Positions 1 to 8,648 of a stretch of DNA of 57,584 bases are shown here, in pieces. Made by a program: the position numbers and the translations under genes. Position 1 is the stretch's first letter. The number at the start of each line of letters is the position of its first letter. The stretch is from Lentisphaeria bacterium (GTDB taxonomy: Bacteria > Verrucomicrobiota > Lentisphaeria > Oligosphaerales > Oligosphaeraceae): positions 1-57,584 of the forward strand of contig JAEDMH010000001.1 of NCBI GenBank assembly GCA_016303095.1. Reading direction: 5' to 3'. The notes under the pieces were generated by a model that saw nothing but the letters and a program-made list of their open reading frames with translations, did no database searches and was not told where the DNA came from.

Positions 1-94
1 GGGGGAAGTCGAAGGAAGGAAAAATGAGGATATATTTTCATTTTTTCCGGATTTTCTCTTCATTTCTCCCTGGTTTTGGCTATTTCTGGGGAGA

Positions 95-1051
95 GTGGCG
101 TTTGGTGTTTTGTTGTCCGCTTCCATGTCCCGTTCCTCTTCTTCCTCTTCTCGTCTTGGGGTTCTTGCCCTGTTAGTCTGCGCGTTCATCTGGGGCTTTG
201 CCTTTTCGGCCCAGAAGCGGGGGATGGAGAGCATGGGCCCCTTTTTTTTCAATGGGGTGCGTTCCTTCATAGGGGTGGTGGCGTTATTGCCCTGCATTGT
301 CCTGTTGGATCTTTTGCAGGGGGAGCGTCCCAGCATTTGGGGGCGTGTCCGGGATGCGGGGTCTCGTGGTCGTCTTTTGACGGGGGGGGTGTTGTGTGGG
401 CTGGCGTTAGGGAGCGCCAGTTTAGCCCAGCAGGTAGGGATTCAGTATACTACAGTGGGGAAGGCGGGGTTTCTCACGGCGTTATACATCATTTTGGTGC
501 CCATTTTAGCCCAGGTCTTGGGGCGTCGCACCCCTAGGCTGGTGTGGGGGGCGGCGGTGATGGCGCTGGTAGGCAGTGCCTTGTTGTGTGGGATTTCCCC
601 GGGAAATCTTTCCCTGCAGAAGGGGGATTTTCTCCTGCTGGCCTGTGCTTTTCTCTTTGCCATCCAGATTCTCTGCGTGGATAAATTTGTGGCCTCTGTG
701 GATTGCGTGCGTCTCTCGGCCCTTCAGTTTTTCTTTGCGGGGGTGCTTTCCCTGGTTTTGGCGCCGTTCGCAGGAGAAAGCCTTTCCTTGGGGCAGATTC
801 TCAAGGGGCTGGGGCCGTTGCTGTTCTGCGGGGTGCTTTCCAGTGGCGTGGCGTACACCCTGCAGTGCGTGGGACAGAAATTTGTCCATCCCGTGGTGGC
901 CACATTGCTGATGAGCCTGGAATCGGTGATTTCCGCCTTGGGCGGATGGCTGGTGTTGGGGGAGTCCATGGGATTCCGGGAGATGGCGGGCTGCGCCATA
1001 ATCTTTGCTGCGGTGTTGATTGCCCAGTTGGCTCCCCCCCGAACGCCGTAG
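95..1051 (+). CDS. DMT-superfamily (EamA-like) permease
   Basis: 318-aa ORF with about 10 hydrophobic helices in two similar halves. The N-terminal LALLVCAFIWGFAF segment is typical of EamA repeats. The true start may be the ATG at 125. Confidence 0.7.
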   Translation: MAFGVLLSASMSRSSSSSSRLGVLALLVCAFIWGFAFSAQKRGMESMGPFFFNGVRSFIGVVALLPCIVLLDLLQGERPSIWGRVRDAGSRGRLLTGGVLCGLALGSASLAQQVGIQYTTVGKAGFLTALYIILVPILAQVLGRRTPRLVWGAAVMALVGSALLCGISPGNLSLQKGDFLLLACAFLFAIQILCVDKFVASVDCVRLSALQFFFAGVLSLVLAPFAGESLSLGQILKGLGPLLFCGVLSSGVAYTLQCVGQKFVHPVVATLLMSLESVISALGGWLVLGESMGFREMAGCAIIFAAVLIAQLAPPRTP

Positions 1052-1106
1052 GGACGGCGCTTCCCTCTTGCCTTCCGTTTTCTCGCAACCCTGATTCTCC
1101 TTCGCC

Positions 1107-3281
1107 ATGATCAAACCTCTTTCCCTCTCTTTGGACTTCACCCCGGAGGGGGCCGTGGCCTCCCTTCGGGCGGGAAGACGGGAATATGCCTCTCCCCGCC
1201 CCAGGCCCCTCTTCGTCTTCCAACTCCGGGATTTGGTGGGCCATCCCCTCCGTTTCTCCGCCAGCATCTTTCCCCGGGTGGAAGAAATGTGGGGGGGGGA
1301 GGGCAAGGTGCTTCTTCGCTTTTATGGCGCCACGGATCTCTTTCCCGGGGGCGAGGTGTGGGTTTCCCTGGAGGAGCGGGAGGGCACCCTGGTCTGGGAG
1401 ATTTCCTTTGATTTGCGGACGGACCGGCTCTCCCTGGAATGGGTGGATTTCCCCGTCATCCGCCTGCGGGCGCCCCGATCGTTCCGCTATCTCACCACCT
1501 TTGCCGAGGGAACCTTGATGGAACGGAAGGGACTGGAGGTGCTTCCCCGGCTTCTGGGGGCGGAGAAGGGGGGCGACTACCTGGGATACGGGGCCAGCAC
1601 CATCCGCTTCCTCTATCCTGGCGCCCTCTGCGCCCAGTTCCATGCCTTCCTCCGGGGGGAGGAAGGGCTCCAGGTGGAATGCCAGGATCTGAGCCACGCC
1701 CCCAAGCTTCTGGAAGCTGCCGTCCTGGAGGGAGACGGCCCCGGGGAATGCACCCTGCGTCAGCAGCATTTCACCCAGGGACGGTGGGAAGTGACCTATC
1801 CCGTGGTCATGCAGGGATTTTCCGGGGGATGGGAGGGAGCGGCCGCCTTGCATCGCCGGTGGCTGGAGGGGACAGGCCAGGCGAAACCGGATTTGAAACC
1901 GTCCGTGCCTTCCTGGTACGGGGAGGATCCCCTGATGCTGATCTACCCTGTCCAGGGGGAGGGAAAGGATCATGGCCCCATGGGGCCCAATGGATATTTC
2001 CCCTATCTCCGGGGAATGGATGTGGTGAACCGCTGGCATGCTCTTTTGCCCGGCGTGCCTCTCATGCCTCTCCTGATGCACTGGGAGGGCACCGCCCCCT
2101 GGGCTCCCCCTTTTCTCTGGCCTCCTTTGGGAGGAAAGGAGGAATTGGACAAATTCATCCAGGCCCTCCATGCCCAGGGGGATCGTCTGGGGCTGTATGC
2201 CTCGGGCATTGGCTGGACCCAGCAAAGCGCCATTCATCCGGACTACGATCAGAGGGAGCGCTTCCGGCGGGAGAGGGTGAGCCGGGAGATTTGCACCGGC
2301 CCCACAGGAGAACGCTACTCCTCCATCTGCAATCATGCCCTGCAGGGACAACGGGTGGGCTACGACCTATGTCCTTCCCGCGCCTATACCCGTGGCGTGG
2401 TGGAGCGGGAGGTGTCCTCCTGTCGTCAGGCGGGGGTGGACTATCTTCAATTTTTCGACCAGAATTGCGGGGGTGCCCCGGCCTTCTGCTATGCGGCGGA
2501 GCATGGGCATCCCGGCTTGCCGGGAGAGTGGCTCACCCAGGCCATGAAGGAAGTGATGGCCCGGGCGTTCCGTGCGGCGGGGAAGAAGATGGGCCTGGGA
2601 TGTGAAAATGCGGTTTCCACCCCCTACGCCTCCTACTGCCGCATCAACGACATGCGCTATGGAAATGCCTGGATCTGCGGCAAACCCGTTCCCCTCCATG
2701 CTTTCCTGATGCATGAAACCTGCGTGGGCTTCTCCGGAAATCTCTGCGCCCTGCAATACTACATCGATTATGCCAAGACGCCCCACTATCCCCTCTTCCA
2801 TCTCGCCTGGCATTTTGCCTGCGGCAATCTTCTGGCCCTGAATCTGGAGGGTGAGGGAAAGGCCCATTGGAACTGGTGCATGCCCTGGAATGTGGAGCCC
2901 CCTCCCCAACCGCCTCTCCTTGCCCTGCTGCGCCATCTTCTGGGCTGGCGCCGGGGCAAGGCCCGCCCCTTCCTCCTCTATGGCAGGATGGAAGCTGCCC
3001 CCCGACTCCAATGCCGAAGCCTGCCCTTCGTCCAGAAGGAACTCCCGGGAGGAGAAGCCACCCTAATGCCGGCGGTATTGTCCTCCGCCTGGCGCCATCA
3101 GGGACGGGAGTTGATTCTGCTCGTGAACTACACAGAAGAGCCCCAGGCTGTGAAGGCCACCTTTGCCCATGTCTGGCAAGGGATGGTGTGGCAGCAGGCC
3201 ATGGCTCCCCAGCCATTCCGGGGAAGGCGCTGGGAAGGCACGGTGCCTCCCCTGGACGCGGTGCTTCTCCTCTCTCCTTGA
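1107..3281 (+). CDS. Large cytoplasmic hypothetical protein, possibly a glycoside-hydrolase-like barrel
   Basis: 724-aa ORF with coding-like composition and no signal peptide. Segments such as GVDYLQFFDQNCGG and GLGCENA resemble sugar-hydrolase TIM barrels, but no family could be assigned. Confidence 0.55.
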   Translation: MIKPLSLSLDFTPEGAVASLRAGRREYASPRPRPLFVFQLRDLVGHPLRFSASIFPRVEEMWGGEGKVLLRFYGATDLFPGGEVWVSLEEREGTLVWEISFDLRTDRLSLEWVDFPVIRLRAPRSFRYLTTFAEGTLMERKGLEVLPRLLGAEKGGDYLGYGASTIRFLYPGALCAQFHAFLRGEEGLQVECQDLSHAPKLLEAAVLEGDGPGECTLRQQHFTQGRWEVTYPVVMQGFSGGWEGAAALHRRWLEGTGQAKPDLKPSVPSWYGEDPLMLIYPVQGEGKDHGPMGPNGYFPYLRGMDVVNRWHALLPGVPLMPLLMHWEGTAPWAPPFLWPPLGGKEELDKFIQALHAQGDRLGLYASGIGWTQQSAIHPDYDQRERFRRERVSREICTGPTGERYSSICNHALQGQRVGYDLCPSRAYTRGVVEREVSSCRQAGVDYLQFFDQNCGGAPAFCYAAEHGHPGLPGEWLTQAMKEVMARAFRAAGKKMGLGCENAVSTPYASYCRINDMRYGNAWICGKPVPLHAFLMHETCVGFSGNLCALQYYIDYAKTPHYPLFHLAWHFACGNLLALNLEGEGKAHWNWCMPWNVEPPPQPPLLALLRHLLGWRRGKARPFLLYGRMEAAPRLQCRSLPFVQKELPGGEATLMPAVLSSAWRHQGRELILLVNYTEEPQAVKATFAHVWQGMVWQQAMAPQPFRGRRWEGTVPPLDAVLLLSP

Positions 3282-3322
3282 CCCCCTCTCGCCGCCAGAC
3301 GCTTTTCTCCTTTCCCTTGAGA

Positions 3323-3769
3323 ATGACGACCATGCCGAAAACCAATCCATTGCCTATGCAGGAAATCTGCCTGGCCACCCAACTCCGGTATTTTCGCAGA
3401 AAACTGGGATTGAAGCAGGTGGAGATGGCGGAAAAACTGGGAGTCTCCCCCAGCCTCTACACCAAATTGGAGGTGAACGCCACCGAAACCACGCCCCGAC
3501 GGGTGGAAAAGTTCGCCATCGCTCTCCACACTACGCCGGAGTTCCTCCTGAAGGGCACAGGGCCGGAATATCTGCCGGGAAGTCCGGAGGCCGCTCCCAA
3601 ACTCACCGACCAGGTCCTCCGGAAAATCCTCGCCTTTGTGATGAAGGAGGATACCCTGGAAGCCGCCCGAAAACTGGCGGAATCCACCGCCCAGGATCCC
3701 GTGACCGTCATGTCCACCCTGGTGAAGGGAATGATTCTGGGAGACGGCATCGCCGATTCTCTGGAATAG
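3323..3769 (+). CDS. XRE-family helix-turn-helix DNA-binding protein
   Basis: In-frame ATG at 3323 within ORF 2867..3769. LRYFRRKLGLKQVEMAEKLGVSPSLYTKLE is a classic HTH_XRE segment. The Pro/Gly-rich upstream part of the ORF overlaps the preceding gene and was rejected. Confidence 0.7.
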   Translation: MTTMPKTNPLPMQEICLATQLRYFRRKLGLKQVEMAEKLGVSPSLYTKLEVNATETTPRRVEKFAIALHTTPEFLLKGTGPEYLPGSPEAAPKLTDQVLRKILAFVMKEDTLEAARKLAESTAQDPVTVMSTLVKGMILGDGIADSLE

Positions 3770-4007
3770 GACGGGGAAGGTGCGCCGCCTCCACGCTCCT
3801 CCCCCCCCTCCAAATCCTAATGGGAGTTCCTGGGGAGTGTCCCTCCCTTTTCCCGAAAGCGGGGAAGGGAATGCCCAGGGGGTTCTCCCGCAAGCCTGGG
3901 GCGGGGAATGGGGCGGCAAGAGCCACTTCCTCTGTACGTTCCGACACGTCTGATTTTTCTTTTCTCCCCCGGGGGGGTGGTGGAGGAGGGAAGGGTGGGA
4001 AAAATTG

Positions 4008-4035
4008 TTGCAGATGACCATTGATGACCTATATT
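4008..4035 (+). promoter_or_regulatory. Putative sigma70-type promoter for rpsA (TTGCAG-N16-TATATT)
   Basis: TTGCAG at 4008-4013 and TATATT at 4030-4035 with a 16-nt spacer, about 145 nt upstream of the rpsA ATG. Confidence 0.3.
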
Positions 4036-4179
4036 ATGCAGTTTTCGATTCCCTGCCATGGCGCCAGGGAATCCCTGGGAGAGTTCCTTCCCTGCCGTTC
4101 CGTTGGCAGAGGGAGCACCCCTGTTGTTTGCGCCCCTGCTTCTCCTTCACAGAGTCAAACGAATCTCCAACCCCCGCGT

Positions 4180-5925
4180 ATGAGCAACATTGATTTAGAC
4201 AACATGCCGTCGATGGACGAGCTGCTCTCTCAGAGTGAGACCACTCAGACCAAGAGCATCCAGGAAGGCACCATCGTCACCGGCACGATTGCCCAGAAGA
4301 ACGAAAACGGCATTCTCCTCGACATTGGAGGGAAGTCCGAGTCCTTCATTGATCGGAATGAACTGAAGGATTTTGATTCCTTGACCTGCGGGGGCAAGCT
4401 GGATGTCTACGTGGAGCGTGTGGAGGGCGAGAATAGCGCGCCCCAGGTTTCCGTGAAGAAAGCCATTGCCCAGCGTGCCTGGGAGAACATCGTGGACAAC
4501 TACCAGGAGGGTTCTCTCATCCAGGGCAAGATCACCAGCCGGGTCAAAGGCGGCTTTGTGGTGGAAGTGTGCGGGGTGGAGGCTTTCCTCCCCGGTTCCC
4601 AGGTGGATCTGGGCGCTCCTCGGGACCTGGATTCCTATGTGGATCAGGAGATGGAGTTCAAGATCCTGAAGATCAGCAAGGATCGGAAGAACGTGGTGCT
4701 TTCTCGCCGGGAACTCCTGGAAGAGGAGCGGAACCGCCAGCGGGCCAAGCTGCTGGAGGAGCTCCAGCCCGGCCAGATCCGGAAGGGCGTGGTCAAGAAC
4801 ATCACCGACTTCGGCGCCTTCGTGGACCTCAATGGCATGGATGGCCTCCTCCATATCACCGACATGAGCTGGTCTCGGATCACCGATCCCCACACTGTGG
4901 TCCACAAGGACCAGGAGCTGGAGGTCATGATTCTGGAGGTGGACAAGGAGCGTCAGCGCGTCTCCCTGGGCCTGAAGCAGAAGGATGGCAATCCTTGGGA
5001 CACCGTGGACGTCAAGTACCCTGTCAACGCCCATGTCCATGGCAAGGTGGTCAACGTGCTGGCCTACGGCGCCTTCGTGGAGCTGGAGGAAGGCATCGAG
5101 GGTCTGATCCACGTCTCCGAGATGAGCTGGACCAAGAAGGTCAACCGCGCCAATGATGTGCTCAACATCGGCGACGAGGTGGATGCGGTGGTGCTGGCCG
5201 TCAACAAGGCCGACCGGAAGATTTCCCTCTCCCTCCGTCAGGCCCAGCCCAATCCTTGGGAGCTCATCAAGGAGAAGTATCCTCGGGGCACCCGCATCAA
5301 GGGCAAGGTGCGCAACATGACCGGCTACGGCGCCTTCGTCCAGATCCAGGACGACATTGATGGCATGATCCACGTCTCCGACCTGAGCTGGCTGCGGAAG
5401 ATCAACCATCCCAGCGAAGTGCTTCAGAAGGGCATGGAAGTGGAGGCGGTCATCTTGGACGTGGATGTGGAGAATCAGCGCATCAGCCTCTCCATGAAGA
5501 AGCTCACCGATGATCCTTGGCAGAACATCCAGGAGAAGTACAAGGTGGGCGACACCGTGGAAGGCAAAGTCACCAAGCTGGCCAGCTTTGGCGCCTTCGT
5601 GGAGCTGGATGGCGGCATTGACGGTCTGATCCACATCTCCGAGCTCTCCGACGAGCGGGTGAACCGGGTGAAGGATGTGGTGAACGTGGGCCAGGTGGTC
5701 AAGGCTCGGGTGAAGAACATCTCCGTGGACGAGCGTCGGATTGGTCTCACCATGAAGAGCGGCAACGCCACCTTCGAGAGCCAGGAGCGTCCTGTGGCTG
5801 GCGCCACCTTCACCAGCGCCCCCGAGACTCCCAGCGCTCTGGGCGGTCTGGGCGCCGTTCTGGATGCCGCCTACAGCGCCAAGGAAAATGGCACTCTGGA
5901 AGTGGATGGCACCAAGGAAGAGTAG
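4180..5925 (+). CDS. rpsA: 30S ribosomal protein S1
   Basis: Six tandem S1/OB repeats with the recurring G..V.G.V..I..FGAFV.L..G..GL.H.S pattern. Start assigned at MSNIDLDNMPS (ATG 4180); the ORF-track start at 4021 was rejected. Confidence 0.95.
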   Translation: MSNIDLDNMPSMDELLSQSETTQTKSIQEGTIVTGTIAQKNENGILLDIGGKSESFIDRNELKDFDSLTCGGKLDVYVERVEGENSAPQVSVKKAIAQRAWENIVDNYQEGSLIQGKITSRVKGGFVVEVCGVEAFLPGSQVDLGAPRDLDSYVDQEMEFKILKISKDRKNVVLSRRELLEEERNRQRAKLLEELQPGQIRKGVVKNITDFGAFVDLNGMDGLLHITDMSWSRITDPHTVVHKDQELEVMILEVDKERQRVSLGLKQKDGNPWDTVDVKYPVNAHVHGKVVNVLAYGAFVELEEGIEGLIHVSEMSWTKKVNRANDVLNIGDEVDAVVLAVNKADRKISLSLRQAQPNPWELIKEKYPRGTRIKGKVRNMTGYGAFVQIQDDIDGMIHVSDLSWLRKINHPSEVLQKGMEVEAVILDVDVENQRISLSMKKLTDDPWQNIQEKYKVGDTVEGKVTKLASFGAFVELDGGIDGLIHISELSDERVNRVKDVVNVGQVVKARVKNISVDERRIGLTMKSGNATFESQERPVAGATFTSAPETPSALGGLGAVLDAAYSAKENGTLEVDGTKEE

Positions 5926-5939
5926 TCGAATCTGACACG

Positions 5940-6003
5940 GCCTTCGCCATGGCGAAGGCTCCCGGCCTCCGGAAGGGAACTTTCCTTTCCGGGGGCTTTT
6001 TTT
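5940..6003 (+). terminator. Rho-independent terminator region after rpsA (two hairpins plus T7)
   Basis: Perfect 20-nt palindrome GCCTTCGCCATGGCGAAGGC at 5940-5959. A second hairpin spans 5966-5995 (about 11 bp with one bulge) and is followed by a run of 7 T at 5997-6003. Confidence 0.7.
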
Positions 6004-6153
6004 ATTCGCGAGGAGGAAGGAATCCCGGGGGCTGGAAATTTGAGGGGATGGTGTTATTTTGGACTTTGTTTTCCCCGATCGGGCTTCTCCTTTTTGGGGG
6101 GCAAGGGAAGGGGTTTTTCTTTTCCGTTTTTTCACAGATCACGATAGAAAAAG

Positions 6154-7629
6154 ATGGCGCGTACCTCCTCGACAACGGCATGGTTTCTGGGCTCCGTGGC
6201 GATGGTCTCCCTCCTCCTGACGGGATGCCGCAGCACCAACAGCGTGCTGTGGCAATACGAGAGCCAGATGGGGCTGGGCAATTATCCTTCGGCGGCGGAA
6301 TCCATCGTGGCCACGGCGGAGAAGGAGGATGGGGACGAATTGCTGTGGCGCCTCCTGGCGGGCAATGCCTATCTTCTGGCGGGAGACCTGGAGCAGACCA
6401 CGGCCCAGCTGGATCGGGCGGAGGATTTGTTCGCCGACCAGGATTCCGCCTCTGTCTTGGTCTCCGGGGCGCAGCAGGCCAAATCCATCCTGGGAAACGA
6501 ACTCTCCTTCCCCTATCGCGGCTTCGGCCAGGAACGACTCTTCTGCTGCCTCTATAAAGGATTGGCCTACGCTTCCCAGGGAAATGTGGCCGCCACGCGC
6601 ACGGAACTGAACCGGGCCGCCCAGCATCAGGAAAACTGGCTCTTCGACCGACGGAAGGAGATTGCCGCCGCGGAAGAAAAATTGGAGCAGGCGGTGGCCG
6701 CCCACTCCGAGGAATCCTCGGAGGAGGTGGATCCCATGGGCCAGCAGGGGATCTTTTGGGGAGACCCGTCCTTCGCCCAGTCCATCCAGGAAAATACCGG
6801 CTTCCATTTGGCTACCTCGGGGGACTTGAGCCGCCTGGCCACCAGCGACTACACCAATGTCTATCTCAACCACTTCTGCGGGGTTTTCCGCTGGCTCCAA
6901 GGGGACGGGGGACGGGAGTTCCTCCGGGATGCCGCGGTCCTGTCTCCTCAAACTTCCGTCCTGCAGCGGGACTGGCAGGAGATTGACGGGGGCGTGCGTC
7001 CCCGGAACCAGGTCTGGATCTATGTGGAGGACGGGCTATGCGCGGAGCGTGTGGAGTGGCGATTGGACTTGCCCCTGTTTTTGATTCCCGAACTGGGGCG
7101 CTACGCTCTCTATGCGGGCATGGCCTTCCCCCGGCTGGTGGAGCGCTCCGCCGCGGCGGAACAGTACTGGGTGAAGACGGCAGGGGGGCAGACGCCCTTG
7201 GAGCTGCTGGAAACCATGGACCGCCTGGTGCGCACGGAATACGATGTCTATATGCGCGGCGCCATAAAGCGGGAGATTGTCCGCACCCTGACCAAGGTCT
7301 CCGCCCAGGTGGCCCTCCAAATCGCCGTGAGGAATTGCGATGACTCCAATGCCCGCCTGGCCTTGAAGATGACCCAGATTGGCGTGGCGGCCTGGGCCGC
7401 CTCCACCACCAAGGCGGATTTGCGGGAGTGGGTCTCCCTGCCCAAGGTGGTCTGGGTGGGCCATATTCCCCGCCCCCAGGAGGGGCGCCTGGTGCTCTCC
7501 GCCCGGGCGGGGGGACAGGATCAAGATTTGGAACTTGTTCTTCCCGAAGGAAATAGTGTGATTTGGGTGCGGAAGATCAACGCTGCGTTGCCCATGACGG
7601 CCCGGGTGTTGACCTATCCCAATCCGTGA
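6154..7629 (+). CDS. Hypothetical lipoprotein
   Basis: N-terminus MARTSSTTAWFLGSVAMVSLLLTGC carries a lipobox (LLTG-C). The rest is soluble and helix-rich. No family recognised. Confidence 0.65.
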   Translation: MARTSSTTAWFLGSVAMVSLLLTGCRSTNSVLWQYESQMGLGNYPSAAESIVATAEKEDGDELLWRLLAGNAYLLAGDLEQTTAQLDRAEDLFADQDSASVLVSGAQQAKSILGNELSFPYRGFGQERLFCCLYKGLAYASQGNVAATRTELNRAAQHQENWLFDRRKEIAAAEEKLEQAVAAHSEESSEEVDPMGQQGIFWGDPSFAQSIQENTGFHLATSGDLSRLATSDYTNVYLNHFCGVFRWLQGDGGREFLRDAAVLSPQTSVLQRDWQEIDGGVRPRNQVWIYVEDGLCAERVEWRLDLPLFLIPELGRYALYAGMAFPRLVERSAAAEQYWVKTAGGQTPLELLETMDRLVRTEYDVYMRGAIKREIVRTLTKVSAQVALQIAVRNCDDSNARLALKMTQIGVAAWAASTTKADLREWVSLPKVVWVGHIPRPQEGRLVLSARAGGQDQDLELVLPEGNSVIWVRKINAALPMTARVLTYPNP

Positions 7630-8648
7630 GGAAGGAAGGGCGGGGGGGCGGTGGCCTGGATCTTCAATCGGGGGATGGCGAGTTTCCAGGCGTGGAGTGC
7701 CTGGGTGGGGAGGAGCAGCCTCTGCCAGTCCTGGGGAGAGAGGGTGCTGGTGGCGAAGCGGAGGAAAATGGTGTCGTCCACCCCGTAGAGCTTGTCTCCC
7801 ACCACGGGGAATCCCAAGGAACAGAGAGTGGCGCGGATTTGGTGTGTCCTTCCCGTATGGAGGGTGGCTTCCAGGAGGGAGAAGTTTCCCTGTTCGTCCT
7901 GGGGGAAGCGTCCTGGGGGTTCCCCTGGGGTAGGGGGGCGTCGATAGTCCAGGAGCCGGAAGTCCGTTTGGGCGGTGACGGCTTCCTCGTCCTCGGGGAG
8001 TTCCACCACGTCGGAATCCCCCTGGTTGAGGATGGGCTGGAAGCACCGTTTTTTCTCCACGGGGGAGTGGGGATCCTTCATGAGCCAGCCGTTGGCGAAA
8101 TAGTGCTTCCAGGGCACTCGTCCATGGACGAGGACCAGATATTTCTTCTGGGTTTCTCCGCAGAGGGAGTGGAAGAGTTTAGCGGCGGTGGCGGCGAAGC
8201 GCGGGTTTTTGCCCACCAGAACGATGCCGGAGGTCTCCCGATCCAGTCGATTGACGAAGTGGATGTGAGAGAGATGGCGCGCCTGGCGCAGCCACGCCCA
8301 AAGGGTGTGGTTGAAGAAGCGTCCCGCCGGGTGGCAGGGGAGATTCCCGGGCTTGTGGAGAAGCAGATAATCCTCCTGCTCCTCCAGAATTTGGATTTGG
8401 AAGGAAACCTCCTGCTCCTCCAGATCCCCTGCCTGGAAGAACAACACTTCGCCCCCGCGGAGGGGGGTGTGTTCCTGGGCGGCGGCGCCGTCCAGGAAGA
8501 GGTTTCCTCGCTGGATTTCCTGATGCCACTGTTCCCGGTTGAGATAGTTGTAGCGCAGGGTGAGAAAATCCAGGAGGGAGGAGCCGGCGGCATCGGGGGG
8601 CGTCACCACCTGGACCGTGCGCTCCATGGGAGGGAAGGGGAGGATCAT
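7614..8648 (-). CDS. RluA-family pseudouridine synthase with S4-like N-terminal domain
   Basis: Contains HRLDRETSG-like FVNRLDRETSGIVLV and GRTHQIRATL motifs. The start at 8648 (MILPFPPMERT) forms an ATGA overlap with the upstream gene's stop. The longer ORF to 9131 was rejected. Confidence 0.85.
   Translation of the reverse strand: MILPFPPMERTVQVVTPPDAAGSSLLDFLTLRYNYLNREQWHQEIQRGNLFLDGAAAQEHTPLRGGEVLFFQAGDLEEQEVSFQIQILEEQEDYLLLHKPGNLPCHPAGRFFNHTLWAWLRQARHLSHIHFVNRLDRETSGIVLVGKNPRFAATAAKLFHSLCGETQKKYLVLVHGRVPWKHYFANGWLMKDPHSPVEKKRCFQPILNQGDSDVVELPEDEEAVTAQTDFRLLDYRRPPTPGEPPGRFPQDEQGNFSLLEATLHTGRTHQIRATLCSLGFPVVGDKLYGVDDTIFLRFATSTLSPQDWQRLLLPTQALHAWKLAIPRLKIQATAPPPFLPHGLG

Noticed and set aside
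2867-3322. Upstream extensions of several ORF-track entries (2867 for the XRE gene, 9131 for rluA, 4021 for rpsA, 42480 for rpoB, 15481 for tyrA, 24554 for rplX, 35543 for the pseudopilin).
   Set aside because: The extensions overlap the preceding genes or are Pro/Gly-rich. Internal starts reproduce canonical N-termini, RBS spacing or ATGA coupling.
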